IMG/VR virus record: IMGVR_UViG_2630968533_000007 | Span: 1 to 42,815 of that record | Length of the DNA: 42,815 nt | Strand: one strand, 5' to 3' | From: a virus | Taxonomy: Duplodnaviria > Heunggongvirae > Uroviricota > Caudoviricetes | In this document: piece after piece, positions 29,473 to 38,648 of the stretch | How positions within the stretch are numbered: position 1 is the stretch's first letter | How the letters are laid out: each line of letters opens with the position of its first letter | The notes under the pieces: generated by a model | Databases searched by the model: none | The model's input: the letters and a program-made list of their open reading frames with translations, nothing else | What the model was told of the DNA's origin: nothing | Made by a program: the position numbers and the translations under genes

Positions 29473-30492
29473 TTGGATAAGTTTGATGAGATTCATGTAG
29501 ACATTGAATCTGAGCAGCAAGCCTTCGATTTGCTTGAAAGCTATCTTGATGGTTATGGTTTACCTGACAGTTTAAGTTTCAACGGATGGCCAAACCTTAC
29601 CATCAGATTAACCGGTGAAAAATTCAACAGATCGCTAACACCTTCAGTTATGAAGGGATTTGTTGAAATGCAAGCTCAAATCAACAAATCATATGCCCTT
29701 GCCAAGTACGGTGTCCCTGACGTCCGCAAACTGACCAAAGAAGAACTTGATGCCCTAGAAATAGAAGTTACGGTAGAACAGGGTTCTTCAATAGTAGAAA
29801 TCAACATTGATGGCTTTTTAACCAAACTCACACAGGAACTTGTTGGTAAAATGAACGCAACTGAGATCATGTTTACTGTTCTCGGCGCAGCAGTCATCTG
29901 GGGCGGAGTAACAGTATTTAAACGGTTCTTGGACAACCGTAAAGATATTCGCCTTGCAGAAATTGCTAAGGATGGAGAGAAAGAACATCTCCGGACTATG
30001 CAGATCATGAGCGAGCAAGAAACTAAACGCCTGCGGGTTATTTCAGAAATGATTGCGGAAAAACCACTTCTCGATAACATGGACCGTATGTCGTATGACG
30101 CTAAAACCCAAATGGTCAAATCCTTTGTGCGTTCAGATAACGCTCAAATTGATGGCGTTACTATTGATTCTGAAATGGCGAAAGAGTTGGTTACGAATGC
30201 TCGTAGACGTTCATCAGAAATGAGGATTGATGGTATTTACCGAATTGAAGAAGTCAATAATACTGACCCAGAGAGTTTCAAAGTTAAGGTCCGACGCGTA
30301 GATACCGACCAACGTCTAACCTGCGTAGTTCAGGATGTTTTCCTTGATGAATCCGGAAACAAAGAAGCATTGCAGCGAGCTGAGTGGGAAAGAAAGCCTG
30401 TACATTTGAGCATTAACGCAAAACACGTCGATGGTGACATTAAGTCAGCAGTAATTCTCTATGTTCGAGATGTGGAACAAAAGCCCGAGTAA
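29473..30492 (+). CDS. Hypothetical single-pass membrane protein (cargo between Q and the late operon)
   Basis: 339-aa ORF with TTG start 7 nt after GAGGA; one hydrophobic helix (IMFTVLGAAVIWGGVTVF); convergent with Q. Confidence 0.5.
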   Translation: MDKFDEIHVDIESEQQAFDLLESYLDGYGLPDSLSFNGWPNLTIRLTGEKFNRSLTPSVMKGFVEMQAQINKSYALAKYGVPDVRKLTKEELDALEIEVTVEQGSSIVEINIDGFLTKLTQELVGKMNATEIMFTVLGAAVIWGGVTVFKRFLDNRKDIRLAEIAKDGEKEHLRTMQIMSEQETKRLRVISEMIAEKPLLDNMDRMSYDAKTQMVKSFVRSDNAQIDGVTIDSEMAKELVTNARRRSSEMRIDGIYRIEEVNNTDPESFKVKVRRVDTDQRLTCVVQDVFLDESGNKEALQRAEWERKPVHLSINAKHVDGDIKSAVILYVRDVEQKPE

Positions 30493-30500
30493 TCGGGCTT
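30481..30500. terminator. Bidirectional hairpin between the convergent 339-aa gene and Q
   Basis: Perfect 8-bp stem aagcccga/tcgggctt with gtaa loop, overlapping the stop of the 339-aa gene and 7 nt from the Q stop. Confidence 0.55.
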
Positions 30501-30506
30501 CAATAA

Positions 30507-30884
30507 TCAATCTTTAATTTCGGGGTCCATCTCTAGACTAATTTCCAGCATCGATAGGCAGCCATCAATAAACCCCTCAGCCATCTGTATCTCAATGCGT
30601 ATTAGTTTCTCATCCTTTTTACGAGCCTTGGCGAGCTTTCTTTTAGAGATACCGTATAGGTAATGGGCAACAAGAAGCGAATGTTCGTCCGGCCTTTTTT
30701 GCCTTAGACGAGCAAGACAACCTTCAATAATTAATGCATCACTATCTGAACATGCCTGACGTGTTTTGCTTGTATAGGGAAGAAGCCCTTTAAACCCAGC
30801 AGCTATAGGAGAATAGTCTACTCCTGAACTATCACTCGCCGCCCATGCTCCCCAACGATCCAGAACCATTTGAATATCACGCAT
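30507..30884 (-). CDS. Q: Late-gene antiterminator Q (phage 21/82-type)
   Basis: MRDIQMVLDRWGAWAA...IAAGFKGLL... matches the Q antiterminator family N-terminus; GGAGA site before the ATG at 30884. Confidence 0.7.
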   Translation of the reverse strand: MRDIQMVLDRWGAWAASDSSGVDYSPIAAGFKGLLPYTSKTRQACSDSDALIIEGCLARLRQKRPDEHSLLVAHYLYGISKRKLAKARKKDEKLIRIEIQMAEGFIDGCLSMLEISLEMDPEIKD

Positions 30885-30901
30885 CAACTTTCTCCACAAA
30901 A

Positions 30902-31897
30902 TCAGGCCAGCACGCCAATTGCCAGCGCACGATCGATAAAACGAAATATCAGCTCCAGCTGAGAGCCATACTTTTCTTCAAATACCACGGTATCCGCATG
31001 CAGCTCGTCGTGATGCTTTCTGCACAAAGGCAGCACGAAGAGGTCATGCGCTTTTGTACCCATTCCACCCTGACCGTGGCCTATCAGGTGGTGGGGATCA
31101 TCTGCAGGCTTTCCACAACATGCACACGGCTGCGTCTTAACCCAGCGCGTGTACTTTTCGTTAACCCAGCGGCGACGTTTGGGACGTAACATAAAAGACT
31201 CCGGCGACTCCGGATCCACTTTCAGCGCCAGCACCTTTTTCGCTTTATCCTGGATGATGCTGGTGGCAGGAACCGAAGGCACAAGGTCACTTTCCCGGGT
31301 GACAGACGGCACAACAGGCTTCGGTAATCTCAGTGCCTTACGGGCTGCGCTTTCCGGTAAGGCATCCGCCAGGTCATTACGAACCAGCCACCAGCACAGT
31401 TCCGGCATTGTCACAACGTGACTGTCATCAAAACCGAGATCCCGACGCACGACAGACAACACCCAGCGGGCACAGTTATCCGTTGCCATTGATTCCAGCC
31501 GTTCCGTGAATTGATCGCGCAGCTGGTTATCGCAGTGCCAGCACAGACGGATTGCGCCCGGAGCATGTCGCATTGTGGTCATGTTCTCGCTGTGCCAGCC
31601 GGAATGAGGCCACTGACAGCCTTTTTCACGAAGTAACCAGCTTTCAAGACATTCCACGCCACCAGCACGACGGATCACTGCCTCATTACGGAACACGGCC
31701 CGAACGGCAGGATCATCCGCCAGTGGTTGTGATGCCGCCGGAACGGCACCACTGGCAAAAGATGAATAACGTTCCGGCTCAGGCTCCAGCAGGACACGCC
31801 CCTGCATAAACAGGGGCATCAGCTCTGAACCAGGCCTGAATAATACGATCCCCATACGCGGGGCAATTTCAGGGGTCAGTAGTGCTCTCACGGTCAC
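30902..31897 (-). CDS. Phage protein with C-terminal HNH-like zinc motif (DUF968-like)
   Basis: C-terminal CACCGKPADDPHHL...CRKHHDELH motif; position upstream of Q. Confidence 0.5.
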   Translation of the reverse strand: MTVRALLTPEIAPRMGIVLFRPGSELMPLFMQGRVLLEPEPERYSSFASGAVPAASQPLADDPAVRAVFRNEAVIRRAGGVECLESWLLREKGCQWPHSGWHSENMTTMRHAPGAIRLCWHCDNQLRDQFTERLESMATDNCARWVLSVVRRDLGFDDSHVVTMPELCWWLVRNDLADALPESAARKALRLPKPVVPSVTRESDLVPSVPATSIIQDKAKKVLALKVDPESPESFMLRPKRRRWVNEKYTRWVKTQPCACCGKPADDPHHLIGHGQGGMGTKAHDLFVLPLCRKHHDELHADTVVFEEKYGSQLELIFRFIDRALAIGVLA

Positions 31898-31898
31898 C

Positions 31899-32696
31899 TC
31901 AATGAACGGTATCGAGCAGCTTTAACAGCTCAGGGAATCGGGATTCGAAGAAATGCGGCTGCGTCTCGCGCGGATTTGCAGGACTGGTAATGTTCTTGCC
32001 GAACATGCAGCCTTTCGCCGTCAGCGACCAGAATTTTTTGATGTTGTTAATCGCGGTACGGCTGTATCGTTCGCGTTGTTCAACGATCCCCAGCTTCGCC
32101 ATCTGGTGATATGCCTGATTAGCTGTCAGGCGGATACCATACTGTTTCAGCAGTGCACTCAGCGACAGCGTAGGGCGGCTTGAGCCATCAGGCGCGTCAG
32201 CAGGAGCATCAATGGCATAGCGTGGTGCCAGATTCGGTAAGCCAACAGCCTCCTGGAGTTTCTGACAGGCCCCAAGCACAGATGAGTTAGACAGGTTTAA
32301 CTCCCGGCGCATAAAGTCCAGCAGAATCACGCCAGCCTGCATCTTGTCAGCAGCCTGCCCGGATAATTTTTCCGGTGCGCTGGTTACCATATCGAAAGTA
32401 CGGATCACCTTCAGATGGAATGACGGGCTGATCCACATTGCATAGGCATACACCAGTTCTTTGCAGACATACGTCCCCTGGTTATTTCCGCCACGACTAA
32501 CGTTAACTGGCTCTATATTGACCGAGTTGCAAATCTGCAACTCGCTTATTAAACGTTCGGTTTGCTCATTGCGGAGCCAGAATGCAGGCTTATGCTTATC
32601 CTGAGAACCGGCAGCCCTGTGCAGATCGTTCAGGCTGTAACGCCCATAAGCATCACGACGAACTTCAATACCATCAATGACCATCAGATTATTCAT
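31899..32696 (-). CDS. KilA-N domain protein
   Basis: N-terminal VIDGIEVRRDAYGRYSLNDLHRAAG...KPAFWLRNEQTERLI matches the KilA-N DNA-binding signature. Confidence 0.7.
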   Translation of the reverse strand: MNNLMVIDGIEVRRDAYGRYSLNDLHRAAGSQDKHKPAFWLRNEQTERLISELQICNSVNIEPVNVSRGGNNQGTYVCKELVYAYAMWISPSFHLKVIRTFDMVTSAPEKLSGQAADKMQAGVILLDFMRRELNLSNSSVLGACQKLQEAVGLPNLAPRYAIDAPADAPDGSSRPTLSLSALLKQYGIRLTANQAYHQMAKLGIVEQRERYSRTAINNIKKFWSLTAKGCMFGKNITSPANPRETQPHFFESRFPELLKLLDTVH

Positions 32697-32715
32697 ACTT
32701 CGTTTCTCCTCTTAA

Positions 32716-33105
32716 TCAGGCGGCTGCACCCGCCGTTTTCTCGTACTTACTGATAGTGATCTCGACCTTCCCTTCCGGGATAACCGGCCCCCACTCCACC
32801 AGCATTCTTTTCACCTGACTGTCGTCTTCCCACACACCCGCGTGGGTCAGGGCGTCAAACAGCGCCTTGTTATAGTTGTCCAGATCGCGGATCCGGTTAT
32901 CCGGAGGAAACAACACGATCTCCACTGAAGCAGGTGCCGACGTTGGTTTCGGCAGACGACGTAACTGCTCAACTATTGCTGCGCACGCCGCGCTCTGGAA
33001 TTTTCGCCCCGCCGCGCTTATCAGGCTCTTACCAGCAAACGCCCCTTTGTTGGGGTGTCGCCAGTACGTGTTCACGCTGGGCGGAAAAGGCAGGATCAGC
33101 TTCAT
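32716..33105 (-). CDS. rusA: Holliday-junction resolvase RusA
   Basis: LPFPPSVNTYWRH...IRDLDNYNKALFDALTHAGVWEDDSQV matches the RusA family. Confidence 0.85.
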   Translation of the reverse strand: MKLILPFPPSVNTYWRHPNKGAFAGKSLISAAGRKFQSAACAAIVEQLRRLPKPTSAPASVEIVLFPPDNRIRDLDNYNKALFDALTHAGVWEDDSQVKRMLVEWGPVIPEGKVEITISKYEKTAGAAA

Positions 33106-33428
33106 ACTTTCAGGTCCCTCTCATGTAACCAGTGGGTTGCACGCAGCCTTGCGTTTTCCTCACCGGCAAGCAGTGCGCGGATAATCCCGACCGCCTCGCT
33201 GTCGTCGTCCTTCACCGCGGTATGAAGCGTTATCCCCCGGGCCACGCCACGCTTTATCGTGATGACGCCTTTTTTCTCCAGTGCGCGAAGATGCTCCACC
33301 GCTGCATTCACCGAACGGTATCCCAGCATGGTTGCCACCTCCTGATTGGTTGGCGGGAAGCCACGTTCTTTCTGATAAGAAATCAGCATATCCAGCACCT
33401 GCTGCTGGCATTGAGTTAACGTCGTCAT
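33102..33428 (-). CDS. LexA-N-terminal-like winged-helix DNA-binding protein
   Basis: QQQVLDMLISYQKERGFPPTNQEVATMLGYRSVNAAVEHLRALEKKGVI resembles the LexA DNA-binding domain; ATGA start/stop overlaps on both sides. Confidence 0.55.
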   Translation of the reverse strand: MTTLTQCQQQVLDMLISYQKERGFPPTNQEVATMLGYRSVNAAVEHLRALEKKGVITIKRGVARGITLHTAVKDDDSEAVGIIRALLAGEENARLRATHWLHERDLKV

Positions 33429-34078
33429 GCCGCCATCTCCCTGACCAGTTTTTCCGCCTGCTGGCGAACCTGCGCCAGAAACGCCTCACCACATGCCTCA
33501 AGTTCATCGCGCCCGATGTAGCTGATTGCCGGTCCCTTCCAGGTCTTGTCGAAAACAGCAATAGCACCAGCGAAGAAAGCTCCTGTCGGCACCTGCTTCT
33601 CATCCTTCGGGATAAACCAGGCAGGCAGTTCAAAACCAATACGCCCGCGAATAAAAGCAATATGATCTGCATCTTCCGGCCACCACACTTCGCTGGTGGC
33701 AGCTTTGATCAGGAAAACATAGCGCCCGCCTTTATCACGCATGGCACTGGCATGCTTCATGATGTAACGCATGCCGGTGATGTATTGCCCCTCATGCTGA
33801 CTGGCGCGGCTGTATGGGGGATTACCAAAGGCAGCACCTTTAAGCTCCGCAAGACGTTCTGACCAGTCATGCGCCAGCGCGTTGTCTTCCGCCGTGTAAT
33901 ACGCGGCACATTTGGCGTTATCACCGTCAGTGAACAGATCCAGAACAAACGGACCAAACAGGGTGTTAATTCCCCAGAAAATGTTATCCGGCGTGCGCCA
34001 CTGATCGCCCACTTCCTTCAGTTCATGGGCTGGTTTGTTCCGCAGTTCCACCAGCGTCTGGCAATATTTATTACTCAT
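33425..34078 (-). CDS. Phage N6-adenine DNA methyltransferase (Dam-like), orphan
   Basis: NPPY motif (FGNPPYSRA); start taken at the ATG at 34078 overlapping the upstream stop. Confidence 0.75.
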   Translation of the reverse strand: MSNKYCQTLVELRNKPAHELKEVGDQWRTPDNIFWGINTLFGPFVLDLFTDGDNAKCAAYYTAEDNALAHDWSERLAELKGAAFGNPPYSRASQHEGQYITGMRYIMKHASAMRDKGGRYVFLIKAATSEVWWPEDADHIAFIRGRIGFELPAWFIPKDEKQVPTGAFFAGAIAVFDKTWKGPAISYIGRDELEACGEAFLAQVRQQAEKLVREMAA

Positions 34079-34566
34079 TAAGCCCCCACGTAATTCCCTG
34101 ACAGATACCACTCTTCACCCGATGCAGCGCGCTTGCTGCTTTTCCGTAAGCACCGCTCACGACGCGCCAGAAAATTGTTTCGTTCTGGCTGGGAGTGGCT
34201 TTCACGGAATGCCGCCATCCACACGGTTGCAGCACGACGGTATAAGCCCCTGGACTCCAGTTCTTCCGCCTGGCTGGTCAGGCACAAAATCACACGGGGA
34301 TCGTTAGTGCCGACATAGAAATTGCGCACAGGTCTGGTTTCACGAACTGGTTGTGGTTCCGGTTCCTGCGCTCTCTCAGTCAGGCGCGGGAAATGTCTGC
34401 GTGTATCTCCTTCACAACGGTGAGCCACACGCCCACTCTGACGTAACTTGCTTGCTGACTGCAGAACGCGCTGCCGTGAGTAACCGGCAAAAGCATCCGC
34501 AATATCTCCGGAAGTACAGCCCGGATGGGCTTCAATGAATTTCTGAACGTCATTCAAAAGACTCAT
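34078..34566 (-). CDS. Hypothetical early protein, possible small transcriptional regulator
   Basis: ATG 4 nt after the replication-gene stop; RGLYRRAATVWMAAF segment may resemble PerC/ANR-type regulators (weak). Confidence 0.35.
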   Translation of the reverse strand: MSLLNDVQKFIEAHPGCTSGDIADAFAGYSRQRVLQSASKLRQSGRVAHRCEGDTRRHFPRLTERAQEPEPQPVRETRPVRNFYVGTNDPRVILCLTSQAEELESRGLYRRAATVWMAAFRESHSQPERNNFLARRERCLRKSSKRAASGEEWYLSGNYVGA

Positions 34567-34568
34567 GC

Positions 34569-35510
34569 TCACCCCCTGAATCCTGCCGGGATCTGGCTGT
34601 AGTCCACGTTGTCGTAACTGGCTTTGAAGTACGGGTCTTCGCGTTTTTCGGTGTACGTGCTGACGGACGGCGATAAGCGCAGGGAAAGCTCATCCCATTT
34701 TTCCCGCAGCTTCGACGGGCTGAGCACGTTACGGCACCAGAACGGATCGCGACTGACGCGGCTGTACATCTCGCAGATTTGTTTATGAGTACGACCATCC
34801 TGCACACACATCAGGCGAATTTCGTTTGCCCAGGCTGTCCAGTTCGGTTCTTTGGGACGAACCACCTCGCCGTCACATTCGGCGGCCTGCTCGTACAGGG
34901 CGATGATTTTTTTCCAGAGCCACTGTGCGCAGGTCAAATCATCCTGCGTTCCCCACTGGCGCTTTTTAGGGCTGAATACAACCGCATCAGGATGGCGAGT
35001 TAAAAACTCCTGTTCAGCCGTCTGCGTGTCCGGTTGCGAAGCGTCCGGACGAGAAGTTTTTTTATCTGACGGATCATGTTTTGATTTTACTGACGGATCC
35101 CCGCCAGATTCTGACGGGTGAAAAACCGCTTTTTTGCCAGATTTCGACGCATCAAATTTTGACGGGTCAGATTTTGATGCGTCAGATTTTGACGGGTCAG
35201 AATCTGACAGTTGAGAAAATGCCGCTGCCTGAAGCTTCGCAACGTTAAGCTGATAAACATTCGACGCATTGCGGTTACCTTGGCGACGCGCCTTACGCGT
35301 TAACCAGCCTTCTGCTTCCAGCCGTGCGATAGCCGTTCTGACGGTACTCATCCCCGCGCCAATCTGACGGGCAATGGTTTCAATTGATGGCCAGCACACA
35401 CCTTCGTCATTACTGAAATCAGCCAGGCGGGCCATAATTGCCACGCTGGATAATTTCATGCCTGACGCAGCGCAACCATCCCATACATAGCCGGTTAATT
35501 TAGTGCTCAT
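34569..35510 (-). CDS. Replication initiator (O-like) with N-terminal winged-helix domain and embedded origin iterons
   Basis: N-terminal HTH segment; tandem 15-bp iterons inside the coding region produce the SKSDxSKSD peptide repeat; GAGGT site before the ATG. Confidence 0.6.
   Translation of the reverse strand: MSTKLTGYVWDGCAASGMKLSSVAIMARLADFSNDEGVCWPSIETIARQIGAGMSTVRTAIARLEAEGWLTRKARRQGNRNASNVYQLNVAKLQAAAFSQLSDSDPSKSDASKSDPSKFDASKSGKKAVFHPSESGGDPSVKSKHDPSDKKTSRPDASQPDTQTAEQEFLTRHPDAVVFSPKKRQWGTQDDLTCAQWLWKKIIALYEQAAECDGEVVRPKEPNWTAWANEIRLMCVQDGRTHKQICEMYSRVSRDPFWCRNVLSPSKLREKWDELSLRLSPSVSTYTEKREDPYFKASYDNVDYSQIPAGFRG
35064..35213. repeat. Putative replication origin iterons (about 8 copies of a ~15-bp unit, 5 in tandem)
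   Basis: Copies of cagattttgacgggt-like units at 35064, 35085, 35105, 35138, 35153, 35168, 35183, 35198. Confidence 0.7.
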
Positions 35511-35519
35511 GACCGACCT

Positions 35520-35858
35520 CTATTTCCCTGAATTTACGACGAAACTGTTCGAGCGGGCTGAAGCACTCATGCTCATAGCCTTCGCGGAGGTAGATAACTC
35601 GTTGTGTTTCCGGCTCCCAACGAATGACTCTGACGGGCACTCCGTAGTGATCTTTGAACCAGCGGTTAACTTGTCGCAAAGGACTGTCTCCTTCTGCCGG
35701 TTGAAATCACCCACAGCCCACTCAGCAAAGCTGTGGGTTACAATTTCCCTGTCACCTGGTACATTAACTGCATAGCAATACTCCACCTTCGCTTTTCCAC
35801 CCGGTACAGGAAGCGCAATCAGTTGCGAGCGACGGTAGTGTGTTGTTAAACTGTTCAT
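35520..35858 (-). CDS. Hypothetical early protein
   Basis: 112-aa ORF whose ATG overlaps the stop of the upstream gene (ATGA coupling). Confidence 0.4.
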   Translation of the reverse strand: MNSLTTHYRRSQLIALPVPGGKAKVEYCYAVNVPGDREIVTHSFAEWAVGDFNRQKETVLCDKLTAGSKITTECPSESFVGSRKHNELSTSAKAMSMSASARSNSFVVNSGK

Positions 35859-36463
35859 GCGTTAGTTTCTCCACAGTCACGACACGCCACGGCGCCCGGA
35901 GCTGCACACTCGCGGGCGTCATTACTTTCTGAAATGCAAAAGATTTTGTAGACCAGTGCTGCATGCTCCTGCAGCTTCGAAATTGAGAGATACAGCTCGT
36001 CGTTAATTGCTGTCTTCTCATGCGGTTCCACCACACCGTCTTCGATTGCCGAACGAATCTGTCTGGAATAACTGCCAATCTGTTCAATGACTTCCAGCAG
36101 GCGCTGGTTAATATCGGCGTTGTCCACATCCTCGACGTCAGGAAGAGACACAAAGACGCCATTTGCAGACTGCGCCACAGCGTCAGCAATGAAGTGAGTT
36201 CCACCAGCACGTTGCAAAATCATTGCCCATCCCAGCGGGAAAATCTGATCGCCATCGGCACGAAGGCGGTTAAATAATGCGTTTTCTGTTACATCCAGCC
36301 AGTCAGCTGCTTCAGCGTAACCACCCGGCAACGCTGCGATAGTTTTTCTGACAGCTTTCACGTACCACTCAGGCTGTTTTTCTACTTTCCAGTGATGCTT
36401 ACCCACGGTTAGCCTCATCGTTCTGTGGTTTCTGTTAATCGATTTATCCATTAGATTTTTCAT
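35855..36463 (-). CDS. Hypothetical early protein at the cII position (possibly YdaT-like)
   Basis: Immediately downstream of cro in the rightward early operon; start uncertain (open frame extends to 36520). Confidence 0.35.
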   Translation of the reverse strand: MKNLMDKSINRNHRTMRLTVGKHHWKVEKQPEWYVKAVRKTIAALPGGYAEAADWLDVTENALFNRLRADGDQIFPLGWAMILQRAGGTHFIADAVAQSANGVFVSLPDVEDVDNADINQRLLEVIEQIGSYSRQIRSAIEDGVVEPHEKTAINDELYLSISKLQEHAALVYKIFCISESNDARECAAPGAVACRDCGETNA

Positions 36464-36644
36464 AAAGCTCAGGTTTAAATGGCAACCGTCCGCAAGTTCT
36501 ATATGCAGCTTCTGCTGCACGTCCTTTTGGAATTAACTGGCCCGGACGGTTTCGCCACTGATAAACGGCTTCAGTTGTTATGCCGAAAAAAGCAGCAACT
36601 TTCTCAATACTGCCGAAGTAGCTTTCGATATCGTCAGTTGTCAT
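36444..36644 (-). CDS. cro: Cro-like repressor (helix-turn-helix)
   Basis: 66 aa with HTH segment IEKVAAFFGITTEAVYQW; divergent from cI across the operator region; GGAGG site before the ATG. Confidence 0.7.
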   Translation of the reverse strand: MTTDDIESYFGSIEKVAAFFGITTEAVYQWRNRPGQLIPKGRAAEAAYRTCGRLPFKPELYEKSNG

Positions 36645-36656
36645 ACGCCCTCCAAG

Positions 36657-36719
36657 CTAAGTTTTATTAGATGCTAATTACAAATCTATCTTTGGTCAAT
36701 AAAAACTAAGATTACTTAG
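36657..36719. promoter_or_regulatory. Right operator/promoter region: inverted repeats of the CTAAG half-site
   Basis: ctaag-tttt-attag (36657-36670) and ctaag-atta-cttag (36706-36719) between divergent cI and cro. Confidence 0.5.
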
Positions 36720-36741
36720 CAATTCAAGAAATGGTGCTCCT

Positions 36742-37368
36742 ATGGAAACGGTTGGTCAGCGTATAAAAGCTCTGAGAAGAGTTACCGGAACGTCCCAGAA
36801 AGAATTGGGTAAATTTTGTGGAGTAAGCGACGTTGCTGTGGGGTACTGGGAGAAAGACATCAATACCCCTGGTGGGGAGGCACTTTCGAAATTAGCGAAG
36901 TTCTTCAATACGTCAATAGATTACATTCTTTATGGTGCTGAGTTTGAAGGCAAACTCGTCACAAACATGCGCAGAGTTCCTGTAATATCGTGGGTTCAGG
37001 CTGGGCAGTTTACTGAGTGCAGGGCAGCAGAAGTGTTTAGTGAAGTGGACAAGTGGGTAGATACATCATTAAAGATTGGTGATAACTCATTTGCATTAGA
37101 GGTTAAAGGTGACTCCATGACTAACCCTAATGGCCTCCCAACAATACCAGAAGGCGCAACAGTGATTGTAGATCCAGATGCAGAACCTCGTCATGGAAAA
37201 ATAGTCATCGCTCGACTTGATGGAACAAACGAAGCTACAGTAAAAAAATTAGTCATCGATGGCCCTCAAAAGTTTTTAGTGCCATTAAATCCTCGGTATC
37301 CCAACATCCCTATCAATGGTAATTGCCTTATCATTGGTGTAGTCAAAGGAGTTCAATACGAACTCTAA
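36742..37368 (+). CDS. cI: CI-like repressor (N-terminal HTH, C-terminal LexA-type S24 autopeptidase)
   Basis: HTH QKELGKFCGVSDVAVGYWE; C-terminal ...EVKGDSM...GKIVIARL...KKL with Ser/Lys dyad spacing. Confidence 0.85.
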   Translation: METVGQRIKALRRVTGTSQKELGKFCGVSDVAVGYWEKDINTPGGEALSKLAKFFNTSIDYILYGAEFEGKLVTNMRRVPVISWVQAGQFTECRAAEVFSEVDKWVDTSLKIGDNSFALEVKGDSMTNPNGLPTIPEGATVIVDPDAEPRHGKIVIARLDGTNEATVKKLVIDGPQKFLVPLNPRYPNIPINGNCLIIGVVKGVQYEL

Positions 37369-37615
37369 GACCTCTCTTCTCTAACTAAGGCACCGAACTA
37401 AGAAAAGTTTGGTGTTTTCTCTTGCCATAATAACTAAGTTAAGTTAGATTTTATATCAAAGATAACGAACAGGCAGGACGCCCACGAAGTAGCCGCCTGG
37501 GGCATATAAAGTCTAGGGTGATTCGTTAGCAACAAAAAAGCACCCTACAGGACGCTTAGCTCTTTAACAATCTGGTCCCCATCAACAAGTAACTGATAAC
37601 TTGAGGAGGTGTGAA

Positions 37616-37822
37616 ATGCACAAAACAGAACCCAAAATCGTCGCGCCCGGATACACAAATGAGGAAATTTACGAGTGGATGGCAAAGAAGCTGGCAGCTA
37701 TAAACCAGCTTCGTGAAGTGCTGTCTTATCGACAGGAAACAATAGACTCCTTAAAAAAACTGGATCAGGAAATCACGGTTTTATCACAGGATGTTACTTT
37801 AGATATTGTGCAGACAAATTAG
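37616..37822 (+). CDS. Small hypothetical protein, first gene of the leftward early operon
   Basis: Strong GAGGAGG site 6 nt before the ATG at 37616. Confidence 0.45.
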   Translation: MHKTEPKIVAPGYTNEEIYEWMAKKLAAINQLREVLSYRQETIDSLKKLDQEITVLSQDVTLDIVQTN

Positions 37823-38228
37823 GATCCCATTCATTTTCGTCAAAATCATCAAAGTGATGAATTTGTGATCTCCAGTCTCGATAATCTAAAAATTTCTGGG
37901 CGGTTACGCTTATTTTATCAAGTGTGAGTTCATCCTGAATTGAAAGAAGAAGTTCATCAAATTTCATCTCATTAATCTGTTTTGGCATCCAGTGATGCTT
38001 CATCAGAATAAGGTGAACCAGAGCCTTTTTCCCATTCAACTGATTATAGGGAGTGCCGAATTTCTTCCGGTGCTCATGTAAGACAAGGTCCAGAAGAGTA
38101 AGTAATGTTGCCCTTGATTCCACTTTGCTTATTTCGACTGATGACACTACTCCACTGATTTCAATGCCCCGATACTTTCCAACATTTTCACAGTGGGATT
38201 TGTACAGCGTGTAGATATTACCGGACAT
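37794..38228 (-). CDS. Hypothetical AT-rich protein, reverse-oriented cargo gene in the immunity-proximal region
   Basis: 144-aa ORF convergent with and overlapping the 3' end of the preceding small gene; direct repeats immediately upstream. Confidence 0.45.
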   Translation of the reverse strand: MSGNIYTLYKSHCENVGKYRGIEISGVVSSVEISKVESRATLLTLLDLVLHEHRKKFGTPYNQLNGKKALVHLILMKHHWMPKQINEMKFDELLLSIQDELTLDKISVTAQKFLDYRDWRSQIHHFDDFDENEWDPNLSAQYLK

Positions 38229-38243
38229 TTCTTTTCCTTTTGC

Positions 38244-38295
38244 GTTGTTGGGGATAACCAGATTAACCGAATCCTTGTTGTTGGGGAATAACCAG
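38244..38295. repeat. Two direct repeats gttgttgggg(a)ataaccag upstream of the 144-aa gene
   Basis: 38244-38261 and 38277-38295; a third degenerate copy near 38361-38385. Confidence 0.55.
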
Positions 38296-38559
38296 GTCCA
38301 CCTCGCCTGATGTGGCTAAAAGCAGGCACATAACAGCTAAGTATTTTTAACCAGAGAGAATCCTTAGCGTTGTGGTGAATGCGGCTCAGCGCACGCGGGT
38401 TAAGGTTGAGGCTGACAGTCGACCTTCTGTGGATACCCACCCGTCTGGTGTGCAACCTTCGCCAGGCACCGGGAGGCACCCGGCACCACAACTTTATGCT
38501 GTGTGTAGTCCTGGAGGTACCAGTTTGTACCCTTGCTTCCGGCTGGTACCGTCCTTTTT

Positions 38560-38648
38560 ACAAAACAGAGAAGAGCATCACCGGACGACGGGCTCATAAC
38601 CCAATCCATCCGGGCGGCTGCCACCGCAGGTGTTCTTCTCTGTTTTGT
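38560..38648. repeat. Perfect 15-bp inverted repeat with 59-nt spacer (potential long stem-loop) in an ORF-free region
   Basis: acaaaacagagaaga (38560-38574) and its exact reverse complement tcttctctgttttgt (38634-38648). Confidence 0.6.

Noticed and set aside
29676-30119. 147-aa minus-strand ORF inside the 339-aa gene region
   Set aside because: Ser/Arg-rich antisense frame; the plus-strand ORF has normal protein composition and a ribosome-binding site, so the plus-strand gene is preferred.
33160-33672. 170-aa minus-strand ORF spanning the methyltransferase and LexA-like genes
   Set aside because: Out-of-frame overlap with two recognisable genes on the same strand; extremely Arg-rich; no start signal.
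35138-35213. Tandem 15-bp repeats that could be mistaken for a CRISPR array
   Set aside because: Units are contiguous with no spacers, only 15 bp long, and lie inside a replication-protein coding region; they are origin-type iterons.
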